From: Vitrella brassicaformis CCMP3155
Lineage: Eukaryota; Protista; Chromerida
DNA: 64,000 nt
Direction of reading: 5' to 3'
NCBI GenBank assembly: GCA_001179505.1
Contig: CDMY01000938.1
Location: forward strand, 173,948-237,947
Part shown: piece by piece, positions 50,630 through 61,971 of the stretch
Layout of the letters: every line of letters starts with the position of its first letter
Position numbering within the stretch: the stretch's first letter is position 1
Made by a program: the position numbers and the translations under genes
The notes under the pieces: generated by a model
Seen by the model: the letters and a program-made list of their open reading frames with translations, nothing else
What the model was told of the DNA's origin: nothing
The model's database searches: none

Positions 50630-52049
50630 GGGGGGGGGCGGGGGGAGGGAAGTGTGTGGTGCAGACGATAGATGGGTGGGAGGCGATGGGTGGGAGGGGG
50701 CCGCCCGGTGCCCCCTCACGCCAAATGTACGCTCGCCACGTTCCCCCTACTCAGCTCGATGAGGTCAGTAGGGAGGGTGACCCATGTACATGCTCGTGAT
50801 GATTCCTTGTTGTGTGTGTGTGTGCAGGATGGTATGGATGAGGACGGCCTGGAGGATGGCCGAAGCGACGATCTAGATGAGGTGGAAGGAGGCACACGCG
50901 CACACACATGCCATGTCATCCATGCCCACTCATGAATGTGTGTGGTCTGTGTATGTGTGAAGGGTTCCGTGGCCGAGGACGGCATGGACGGCGACCAGGG
51001 AGAGTGGGGAGAGGAGGAGCTGGCTGTCTGTCTGGCTGTCTGTCTGTCTGTCTGTCTGACAGGAATGTCGATTAGATGGATGAGCACAGCAGCAGCAATC
51101 AACTCACATAAAGCTAGGTACGCAGAGCGACTCGCAGACCACCGCCTCTCTGCTGCTGCTCACGGCTGTGTTTGGTTGTCTGTGTGGTTCAGATCACACA
51201 TAATGGCCATCCACTGATTGCCCCTGACCGGACAGCCCGTATCGTGGCCCCCTGGCTGCTGGCGGCTGCAGCAGGAGGGCGGCTCTTGTGTAGATGATGT
51301 CCATACCTGTGCGCTGGCTGGATCCATGGTACACATTCGATTTGTCTGTGTCTGTGTCTGTCCATGTGTGAGACCGTTTGCGTGTGTGTGTGTGTGTGAG
51401 TGGTGTTCACCTTGATGCGTTCGTTCATCGTGTGGTTCATTCAACCAGTGTGTACAGCCTAGAACCTGGTTGCAAGGAATCTCTTTTACCACGTACTCAT
51501 CCGTGCTTGTCCGCTCGACGCACACACACCCACACGACTTCACTGCGCCGAGAGCAATAGACCGAGAGTACCTAAAAGGCAGTCAAAGCAGCACAAATGC
51601 GTCCAAACAGGTAGCAGGCCAACAGCCCAGGCAGAAGTACTCCAGCAGCATCAGTTAAATGGCAGTTAGCCTGCCAGTCACGGGAGACTGGTGTGTGTTT
51701 GTGTCTCTCCTTTCTGTGTGTGGTCAAAAACGGGCCCGCCAAAGTCGAGCAACACGACCAAAAGAGCCAACAAGCACAACGAACGCACAGACAAACGCCG
51801 AACCCACTAATCCAGTGTGTCCCTTTGGTCCTCCAGTCCTCCCCCTCCCCCCCTCCTGCCCAGAATTGGCTGCATCTGCCTGTCTGTCTGCCTATTCGGC
51901 TTTACCAAGACACACTCGCGCACACGTGTACTACGACTGTTGACCAAAGCCCCACCACCATGGAAAACGATTCCTGCCATGCATCGTAGATCCATCACGC
52001 CACGCCAACAAGCATCCCCACGTCCACTTGGCATCCATCCATCCATCCA

Positions 52050-54341
52050 TCAGTGGTGGCGGGGTGCGGGGACGTTCGTGACCTTCCGCGACTCTCGGCT
52101 GCGGGTGGTGGGTGTCCCTTGCTGAGATGCAGGGGCAGAAGGTGCCTCGCTCTCCACCGGCGGTGCTGCAGCAGCAGCAACGGGCGCACATGGCTGTGGC
52201 CGCTCCGGGGGTCCCACGGCAGCAGCAGCAGCAGCAACAGCAGGGCTTGTGGCGGCCTCCTGGACGGCGTCTTGGACACCGGGGCCGCCGGCCGGCATGG
52301 ATCGGGTGCGGTTGAGTGTGGGGCGTGCTGCGGCAGGGGCTGAGTCAGCCGCAGAGGGACAAATCGTTGGCGTGAAACGCAGAGATGGCCGCCAGGCTTG
52401 TGGAGACGATGACGAGGAGCTCAGCGGGGACACTGCTGACGGACGGCTCTCCTGAAGGAACGAACAAACAGGCCATCCACACATATCATAGCCAGTGTGT
52501 GTGTTTCTCCTTCCTGGCGTGGCGTGGCGTACCTCCTGCTGCTGCCGCAACAATAGGGTCTGCTCATTGAGTTTGGTGATCTCGGCCTGTGCTTCCTCCA
52601 GACCCTGAACGACAGACAACAGACACAACACAGACATGCAGACATACCCAGACAGACAGACAGATGACCGCGTTGTGCTGCGGTGCGTTTGGGGGGAGGG
52701 AACTTACCCGTTCCTGCTGCTGGCTCTCTTGGTACATGGCGTGCACCTGGTAGTTGAGCTCCTCCAGGTCTTGCTGAAGGGCCTCCACGTCTCCCTCAGC
52801 CTCGCTGGCTTGGCGGCGGTAGTCGTCCTTGTCCCTCTCCAGGGCGGCTATCTTGGCGTTCATCGAGTTCCTCATGCGCTCGTATCCCTCGGTGTAGAAG
52901 TACTGCACAAAGAGACAGAGAGACAAATGCGGTGAGTGAGTGAATGGATACATGAGCGGCTCCCCTTGCCCTGCCCTGCCATCCTCACTGACCCGCTCCC
53001 GAGAGATGCGCTCGTACTCCTCGGGCATGGGCGGCGGCACATCAGGCACGGGCAGCAACAGGCCGCTCGAGAAGCGCAGGCCGGGAACGTACACCTCACC
53101 GACGCCCCTGCCGCTCGCGCCGGCACCGGCAGCCGCAGCAGCAGCCAGCGCAGCATTAAGCGGCCGTCGCACACACGCCGACTGGAACGCGCCCCACTCA
53201 ATCTCGTCCTCGTCGGCAGTCGGCGAGGGTGGCTGGCTGCCTGGCTCACCATCGACATCCTGCAGGCAACGAACCCACACAAACACACACGCACAGCCCA
53301 TCCCACCATGTGTCTGAGTGATGCGCGCGCGTGTGTGTGTGTGTGGTATGGGGTGACTCACCGCAGGCGTATCGCTGTCGTTGCTATCGCTCTCGTCGTC
53401 CGTGGGTCGCTGCTGGATGGCGGCCACAAGCAGGTCTTGCAGCTCCTCATTGTTCTTGGCGAGGCGGGTGTTCTCCTGCGACAGGTCTGCGCGGCTCTCC
53501 AGGAGCTCCTCGTTGCGGGCGATGGCGCTGTTGAGCAGCTGCAGACAAAATGGGGAGATCGATCACCAGACGAAGCGAGCAGCCCGCCCCTCGTGTGTGT
53601 GCTGTTTGTTTGCCCTACCTCTCGCAGAGTGGTCTGCCTCTCCTCGGCCGCCTCCAGGCCGTCTTGAGAGGCACGGAGCCGCTGGTGTAGTGCCCTCCCG
53701 GCGGTCTCCTCCTCCCTTAGGCAGCTCTCCAGGCTGTCGACCTGGAGCTGCTGGCCCTGGGCGGCGGCGTTCTTCTCGGCGACTTGGCGGCGCAGGTTGT
53801 TGAGCTGCTCGTCTTTGATGGCCACGACGGCCCGCTGGTCTGCCAGAGCCCTCTCGACCTCTTGCTGCACCACCGGGCCATGCTGTAGACAAATCGCTGG
53901 TCTGCCAGAGCCCTCTCGACCTCTTGCTGCACCACGGGGGCGGCTGGTCTTGAGGCCATGCTGTAGACAAATCAACACACACAACGAGCAGAAGATCTGT
54001 GTGTGTGTCGTCTGTCTGTGTCTGTCTGGGTGTGATGACTCACTGCCGCGGACGTGCCATAGCCACCAGCGGCCCACAGCCTGGGCAATCTCCTCGGGCT
54101 TGGGGGGATCGCAGAAGAGGCCCACGTAGCAGGCAATGTGGGGGAGGGCGATGGCAATGCACTCTGCCAGCATCTTCCTCTTTCTCTTTAGCTCACGAGC
54201 GATCGGCCAAAGATCCGCGATAGAGAGATCGGAGAGAGCTGAAGGAGCGAGGTTGTGCAGCATCGGCTGGAGTCCCGTATTGTGCCTGGTTCCCCTTAGA
54301 TCGATGAGTTGATGAGAAGAATCGTTCTCGAGGGTTGTCAT
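52050..54341 (-). CDS. Hypothetical multi-exon coiled-coil protein
   Basis: Exons encoding heptad-rich segments (VQQEVERALADQRAVVAIKDEQLNNLRRQV; MNAKIAALERDKDDYRRQASEAEGDVEALQQDLEEL) separated by microsatellite introns; start and end approximate. Confidence 0.6.
53833..53973 (-). repeat. Local tandem duplication including a 3' splice site
   Basis: cgctggtctgccagagccctctcgacctcttgctgcaccac at 53833-53873 and 53895-53935; ggccatgctgtagacaaatc at ~53876-53895 and ~53954-53973. Confidence 0.9.
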
Positions 54342-54501
54342 CGCAGAGAGAAGGCGAATTCACGTGCGAATTCGCATCGGTGCCGCCATCATGGAGGAGG
54401 GTTAGACAGGTGAGGCGCATCACAGCACCGCTGGCAATGGATGGGGCATTTCGCCACATGGGTGTCGGCTGTGTGTGCATGGTCCATTGGTGCAGGTCAA
54501 G

Positions 54502-56639
54502 ATGAGTTCTTGCCGCGGTGACGCGGCGACTGCGGCTTCGTCTGCGTCTGCTGGTGCTAGTGTTGAGAGTGACGAGGAGCGGCAGCGACGGGAGGAGAGT
54601 CAAAGACCCTTGCGCAAGAAGATCAGCGACACGGTGATTCAGGACATCGATTGCCGTCCCGTATGCTGTGTGGTTGTGTTTCAGGAGGGCCTTCTCAGCT
54701 ACATGATGGCCTTCTTGCCCATCAATCTGATGGTGCAGCTGGCCAGGTCCATCTGGGAGAAGGCCGCACCCGACCTCTCGGACGTCACCATCAGCTCGGC
54801 AACCAAGGAGGAGCGGTCCTTCTGGCAGCACGTCCATCTCGCCTCCATCGCCCAGCTGGCCGCCCGACTCACCCGCCTCACAAGCATCACCCTCCGGTAC
54901 CCACTCGGCTCCCCCATGTGGTGTTTCGACGTCTTGGTGGAGATGGTGGAGAGGCAGCATGGCGCGGCCCTGGAGACGATCATTATCGAAGGGGTTCGGC
55001 TGACCGGCACGGCGAGGCAGACCGGCGCGCGGACACATCCGCCCCTCCCCGCCCCTCTCGACCCGCCCCCCACCCTGCACGCACTCACCACCATTGCCGG
55101 CCTGACAGACGACCATTGGCAGTTGGCCGACCGACGCTGGCTGATGCCCTCACTCGCCGTCGCGCGGCGGGAGAGATGGGGCGCTGACAGACTGGGCCAA
55201 TTCATCAGTACGTCCCACTCGCTGCGGCGTGTGGACGGCAGCTTTAGGGGTGGGGAGTGGGCGGGTGTGTTTGAGGGGATCCCTGCGGCGCCTGCGGGGC
55301 AGCGCGGCGGGCCACTTAGCAACTTGGAGAGCATCGGCACCATCGTGGTCGAAGGCAGCGATCCGGCGGGCATCGACCGGCTTCAGGTGAATACAACGCA
55401 CACACATGTACAGTGTGTGGGTTGGCTCATGATGTCCCATATTTGCGTGTTCTTGCCTTTAGGAGGTGATGCTGGCGCGGGGCTGCCGAGGGTCACTCAA
55501 GCAGCTGCACGTGGAGTTTGATGCTGGCTCTGGACCGACTGGTCGGCACGTGCTGTCGACCAAACGCCCCACTCATACTTGAAGAAATAGTCCTCGCCCG
55601 TTTCGGCTTCGACCTCTCCATCTTCTACCACAACGAGTTCCCCACCGACCCGTCACCCTCATTCAAGACCATGCTCCAGTAGCTGGCAGACAGGGCCGCA
55701 TCAGTGAAGTACATCTTCACTCAAGACGGCCTGACCGACCCGCACACCGACCCCAGCCAATCGGCCATCGACGTCGTATCCGGCCTCTTTTTCGGCACGT
55801 TCGTGTCGGTGGAGGTCTTAAGCGACTTTGGTCCCATGGCCAACACCCCATCGCCCCACCCCTCCATCATCACCCACCTACAGCCGTTCCCGAAAGTCTC
55901 AGCGGTGGCCCCAGAGCTGCGTGTCTGGAGCGACTTGGGTGGTGCTGCTGCCCGGCTGTTTGCCAGCAAGATGCCCAAGGAGGTGGGGGATGTACACAGC
56001 GACCCTTTGTCGGATGGGGAGAAGGTGGGAGTGCTGACGGCGCTGGGGAGTGAGAGGGAGGTGAATACGGTGCGGATGAGGCAGGAAACCGTCGACCAGC
56101 TAGTGGGGGCGGCCGACGCATTTCCAACCATCAAGACACTATGTCTCTATCTGACACGTACGCCGAGAGAAGTGGGTAAGTGTGTCCTTCCGTCCTCATT
56201 TCCGCCTTGTGTTCCCTCCCCTTCAGTGCGTGACGGTGTGGAGGCCCAGTCAGATGAAGCCCAGATCCAGAGAGGCCGCGGACGTGGACGCGGTAGAGGC
56301 CGAGGCCGCGGACGTGGACGCGGCAGAGGCCGAGGTCGCGGAGGTCGAGGTCGTGGAGGCCGAGGCGGCTTCGCTCAACCAATCAACGATGCGGGCAGCT
56401 TCGTCCGCGACCGCCTCTCATCGGTGACCTCGCGCATCAGGGACATGCAGTCTGTGCAGTGTGTGGAGCTGAGAGTCGACGGGATGACAGCTGAGCAGCA
56501 GGCTTCCATCGAAGCCTCCATTCCTGTCAGCACCAACAACATCAACGGCTTCGTCACACGCACCGACATCAGACATGATAACTATGGGGATGGCATTGTG
56601 GAGAGATGGGTGATAATAACTGCAGTTCGCAATGCCTGA
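54502..56639 (+). pseudogene. Lineage-expanded family member (F-box-like N-terminus), disrupted by a frameshift and a premature stop
   Basis: VFQEGLLSYMMAFLP...LAARLTRLTSITLRYP; frame change at ~55520-55530; in-frame TAG at 55680-55682 (MLQ*LADRAASVKYIF) upstream of ORF 55704..56639. Confidence 0.7.
56271..56369 (+). repeat. (RG)n/RGG coding repeat, 33 codons
   Basis: RGRGRG...RGGRGRGGRGG encoded by mixed Arg and Gly codons. Confidence 0.9.
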
Positions 56640-57082
56640 AGGTGAGGGAATGGGCCTGATTGGACTGATTGTGTGACCATCTTCGCATCTCCTGTGTGCT
56701 CTGTGTGCGTGTGTGTGTGTGTGTTTGACGACTGGCTCGGTAGTGGTCAGATTGACGGACAGGGGCTGGGGCTGATACTGGTGTGTAAATGAATATTGGC
56801 AAAGAGTGGGAGTGTACTTAGTCAGACCTTGACAGGCATGAAGGGGGGGCGGGAGATGGGAATGGATACACATCGATGGACGTGAACGTGGCTTTTGATC
56901 GATAGACTGACTGACTGCTTGTTTGCCTTCTGTACTCGGCATCTGGCCGTGCCGTGCCGTGTGGCTCACCGAGACTCTCGTGCATCATTTCACTCACATA
57001 CGGACCACATCCATTCCATCCATCGATCGTCTCAGCCAACCGTCTACAGCCAGGCAGGCAGCATGTCTGTCTACCTATCTAC

Positions 57083-57409
57083 CTACCTGCGGCCTGCCTG
57101 CATCGCCCTTATCTGCCCTATGCGCTGCAGCACCTTGCTCTCCAGCGCTGTCAGCCGGTCGATCTCAGCCCTGATCTGCTCGGCCGACGTACACAACGAC
57201 GAGACGTCATCGGTCTCCAACACGCTCCCAGACATCCTGAAGAGAGAGAGAGGGAGGGGAGGAGAACACATGGATGGATGGTCGGTGTGGTGGGCGAGGG
57301 CGACTGACTCCTTCCTTACTCACCTGTTTGGCGCATGTTGTCTGAGTGTGTCGAGCTGCCGCTGCAGCTGCTCTATCACACGCTGCTGCCGGGCATACTC
57401 CTGCTCACG

Positions 57410-57444
<35 letters not shown>

Positions 57445-60400
57445 ACACCGACACACATAAACCATCGACGTGCTTTCGTCGATCGGCCGGTCTACCTTTT
57501 GGATGTGCCGCTCGGTGGCTCTTGCTGACGGGGTGCGATGCCCTCCCCTACCGGGTAAAACAGGTGGCCGTTGTGCCATTCCGCATGGCCGTCTGCAGGT
57601 GGGGGCGGCACAGACGAGCCCTCTGTTTGAGAGGTGCTGCCGGACGCCCTGACACACGCACACACACACACATACACACACAAATCGCCCATCCATCCAT
57701 CCATCCATCCATTCATGTAGTGACCTGCTCTGCTGCACTTGGCTGTCCGCTGCGTTGCCGCTGCCCTCCCCTGCTGTCTGCCTGTGCTGGCCACGGCGTC
57801 TGCTGCGATAAGTCCAGTCGCCCTCGTCAAGGCTGCACCCACACAGCCACATGAATACCTCTTCTCCCCTCTGTGTGCACATGGCGTGGCACAGTGTGAC
57901 ACACTGACCTCTGTTCGATCCCCTCCTCTGTCCTGAATGAGCTCCCCAAACTCGACGGCCGATGCGCATCGGCAGCGTCAGCAGCGGCAGATGGAATGGC
58001 AGAGTCCACCCCACCAGCAGCTGCCGAAGGTGTCGCCTCTGTCGCCTCTGCTGCCTCGACTCCACCACCACCACCAGCAGCTGACGGCTCCACCTTCCCA
58101 CCCCCTCCGCTACCACCGCCTTTGTTCTTCCTTTTTTTCTTCTTTTTGCCCCCTGCCGCCGTTGCAGGCTGCTGCTGCTGCTGCTGCCCCGCACCGTCGT
58201 CCGAGTCGCTGACGGCGTCACCGAGCGAGAGCAGCAGCTCCTTGTCGCGCCGGCGGGCCTCCTCCTGATCCTCCTCATGATGTTTGTCGACCTGCGATGA
58301 TGGCGACGGGCCCTCCCCCGCCGGCCCGTCCTGGTGCTGCTGCTGGTGTTGCTGGTGGGCGCCCTTCTTCTGGTTGGTGCGCTTCTGTCGCTCGCGCATG
58401 CGTTCGATGAGCTGGGCCTTTCGCTCCTTGGCCGACTGCTTGGCGTGAAGGGGCGGCAGGCCGGCGACCTCTCGGGCAACATCCTCTGAATGAACAGAGG
58501 CAAGACATGACAGGCAACAGACACACGGATGGACTGATGGACGGAGGCATCGAAAGGGTCATCGCATCATGCTCATCATCACCTTTGTCTTTGAGTCGTG
58601 TTTCGTGCATCGCCTGGATGGCTGCAAACTTTTCCTTGGCCTGCTTGAGCATGATCCTGGCGAGAGCCTCACTGGTGGGGTTGTCGCGCACGCTCGGATC
58701 AGCCAGAGTGTCCTGCCTCACACACATGCACCACAAGAACGTCACCTCCCCGCCGACGGGTTTCTCCCCTTGCCAGAGTCTACCTGGAACTGCGCCATGA
58801 TCTGCCGCCGCATCTCGAGCACCTTGCTGCTGGCCAGGACGAGGAGCTCCATTGATTTCAGCCGATGGATGGGCGGAATGAACTGATAAGAGGGGAACAA
58901 AGGAGAGACGCACACACAGACAGCAAAGGATTCATCGGAGTGTGAGTGTGTGTGTGGGTGGGGGCTCATGGGAGGGAGGGTGGGTGAAGGCCGTTGGAGT
59001 GCCTTACCTCACTGTCGGTCATGGTCTTGTTGACGGCGACGAAGGGAATATCGGTGGTCTCGCCACACGAAAAGTGGCGATCAGGGCCAGCCTGATACAT
59101 ACACACATACACACAGACAGGAGCAACACACGGCAAACAATCATGCTGGGTGCGGTGCCACTCTGTCTGCCGACACAGGTACCTGCTGCACTACTTTCTC
59201 CTGAGTGGAGTAGACACTCTCGGCGATAACTCGCGGGCTGACGGCATGGAAAGGCAACCTGCACCCAATGACAAGACAAAGATGGCGGATATCCATAAGC
59301 TGCCTGCCCACGTGATGCCTGGCTACCCTACCTCTTTTTCCACTTTTCCCCGCAGTCGATGAAGGCGTCGGTCATGAAATCGACCAGGATGGTGGCCTTT
59401 TTGCCCCTGGGCGCCACGGCGATCGTCTGCGCGTCGTACCCCAGCCGCTGCAGGTGCTCGTCGTACTCCCCGCTGTCCATCTGCTCCACCACCACAGGCA
59501 GCTGCTTTGCGATCACGTCACGGTAGATGGACAGCACGGCCTCGGTCGCCTTGGCACGCTGCCCCTCGTACTCGCGCGAGGAGAGCGCCTTGGTCTCTTC
59601 CTCCTTGTTGGCCTTGTGCGCCAGCAACAGATTTAGTCGGACCTCAGCCATCAACGCAAAGAGCTGCCGCTGACACACACACACACACACAGACAGACAG
59701 ACAGAGAGGCCCATGTGTCGTGCAGAAAGCGACCCTTCCTTTCATCAAGTGCCCGTCTGTGCGTACCTTTCGCAGCTCGAAGACGTATTGGCTCTCCTGC
59801 GGCTTGAGTCGCTTGGTCTTCCCCGACACCTCAGCAGCAGCGGCAGCATCCACAGCCGGCTCGGGCACCTTCGGATCAGTGGCCAGGAGCTCATCCACGA
59901 AGGCCGCCTCCCGCTTCCTCAGCCGGTCTAGCCCGTCGGTGTCCGCACCCGTGATGGCCTCCACCAGCCTTTTGCTGCGGTACACGTCAGCAGCGGAGCC
60001 CTTGGCGTAGCTCGGGCGCCACGCACTGGCGAGCACCCGGTCGGCGCACTTGTCGAGGAGGTCGCCGTTGATGTCCGGATCTGTGGCGAAGCCGGGGTAC
60101 TTGGGGTATCTCTGCTACTCGCAGAGAATCTGAAACTCGGCCGTCATCTGCTCGACGATCGTCAGGGCGCCTCCGGGGGCGACGCCGAGCTTGCGCTTGG
60201 TTGCGAGCCGAAGGGGCTCCATCTTCACACACACAGAGAGAAGAATGAGAGAGTGATGAGACCAGAGATCGTTTCCGTGCTCACCTCTGAAGCGGCGAAA
60301 GGCGAGTACTCGGCATCTTCATCGAACGCCAGATCGATGAGTGTGTCGAGGGATTTCTTGATGACGCCCTTGAGCCGTGCCTCGTCAGCCACCGAACCCT

Positions 60401-61206
60401 TGGCCGTGGTCAGCAGGGCCACCAACACAGACACTACGGCGTCCCGCCCTCTCTCCTCTACGGTCTTTTGCCACTCGGCCCCACCAACCTGCCCCTTGTC
60501 CCTCTTTCTCCTGCCCCCCTTGCCGGCAGCCCTCTTGCCTCCTCCCGCCCCCCTGGCCCCTCCACTTGATGGCGTGTCATCCTCGGTGACGTCACCTTCA
60601 TCGTCATCTGCATCAGGGCGGGGTTTGCCGCAGAAGGTGCAGGTGGGGTCGTAACACGCTTGCTTGGGAGGGGCAGGGCCGGCGGCCGCTGCTGCCGATG
60701 ATGAGGGCGATGAAGGTTCGCCCAGGGGACTGGGATGTAGTAGTTCCTCGAGGCCCATGAAGGGCGACATATTCCGCAGAAACTGCATGGCGGCCGCCCT
60801 CTTGGCGTCGTCTGATGGCTCGTGCCCTTGGTCCTGCCGCGACTGGTTGGACGGCGCCGGCCGCTGTTTGGCAAAGACGCCCTTGAGCTTGTTTTCGAAG
60901 TCCTTGCTGAGCTTCTTGGGGCGCTCTGCATCAGCCGGAGATGCGCCACCGAAGCCGACATCGAACTCCAGGCCAGGCATGTCTGAGTAGTCCTCCTTAT
61001 CGTCACCATCTTCATCTGGCGCGCAGCTGCAGAGATCTGTGTCTGTGTCTGTGTCTGTATCTGTATCCGTCATCAGCGCTCGCCCACCTGACGTCCATCC
61101 AGTGGTCGTCGTCCTCATCGCTGGAGGCCGCGGCTTTCTGCTTTCTGCTTTTCGAACCTGCCGCTGCAGCTGCAGAGCTGCTCGACGGCTGCTGATGCTT
61201 CTTCAT
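57083..61206 (-). pseudogene. Large multi-exon hypothetical gene with low-complexity and coiled-coil segments and an in-frame TAG
   Basis: Coding-like exons from MKKHQQPSS (61206) to ...RIGQIRAMQAGRR (57083). In-frame TAG at 60117-60115 (ILCE*QRYP) inside an otherwise continuous exon that runs into ORF 59644..60036. Confidence 0.55.
57414..57442. repeat. (CA)n microsatellite, representative of many intronic simple repeats
   Basis: About 14 uninterrupted CA units inside a minus-strand intron. Confidence 0.95.
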
Positions 61207-61671
61207 CCCCTTGCAGCGGTTTCAGGGATCTTGAGCTCCCTATACTTCCCTCTGCAGCAGCGGTTTCAGGGAGCACCCTAGGCGGCGTGGCGGCCAAGTC
61301 CCCTGTCAGGTCTGTCCAACATGAAAACACGCACCCTAACATGCAACCCGGACACGCAACACGCAGCACGCAGAGGGCAGATGCAGCAAACAGGAGGATA
61401 TGCAATGCGCTGCGAACGACGGCAACATACTTCCCTCTGGTGGTGGTGGTTAAGGGTAAGATTGTCCGTGTGTCCATGCGCTGGGACGGTCGATTACATG
61501 TTCGCATCTAAACTTTTGACAGCAACGATCAAAACATTCGCTACCTACCCATTCACGCCCACCCACCCACCCCCTGCAATCAACGAGGGTGGAAAGGCCC
61601 CCGCTCTAGCAACAGCCCCTCAGCAAAACCCGCCCTCTCCTGCCCATTCCACCTGCTTGCCCGCCACGCCC

Positions 61672-61971
61672 NNNNNNNNNNNNNNNNNNNNNNNNNNNNN
61701 NNNNNNNNNNNNNNNNNNNNNNNNNNNNNNNNNNNNNNNNNNNNNNNNNNNNNNNNNNNNNNNNNNNNNNNNNNNNNNNNNNNNNNNNNNNNNNNNNNNN
61801 NNNNNNNNNNNNNNNNNNNNNNNNNNNNNNNNNNNNNNNNNNNNNNNNNNNNNNNNNNNNNNNNNNNNNNNNNNNNNNNNNNNNNNNNNNNNNNNNNNNN
61901 NNNNNNNNNNNNNNNNNNNNNNNNNNNNNNNNNNNNNNNNNNNNNNNNNNNNNNNNNNNNNNNNNNNNNNN
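61672..61971. other. Assembly gap (300 N)
   Basis: Run of n. Confidence 0.99.

Noticed and set aside
50321-50640. Poly-G flanks suggesting a G-quadruplex or poly-Gly/Pro ORF across the gap
   Set aside because: Most likely a sequencing dropout at a G homopolymer; ORFs through N runs are artefacts.
50820-51120. Short acidic exon-like segments (DGMDEDGLEDG..., GSVAEDGMDGDQGEW...) after the first gap
   Set aside because: They cannot be linked to a start or a gene across the gap; possibly the ankyrin gene tail, so not called.
55680-60117. Two in-frame TAG codons at Gln/Glu-like positions suggesting TAG reassignment
   Set aside because: ASCC2 and SelO end exactly at their conserved C-termini with TAG, so TAG is a stop here; CAG>TAG mutations explain the lesions.
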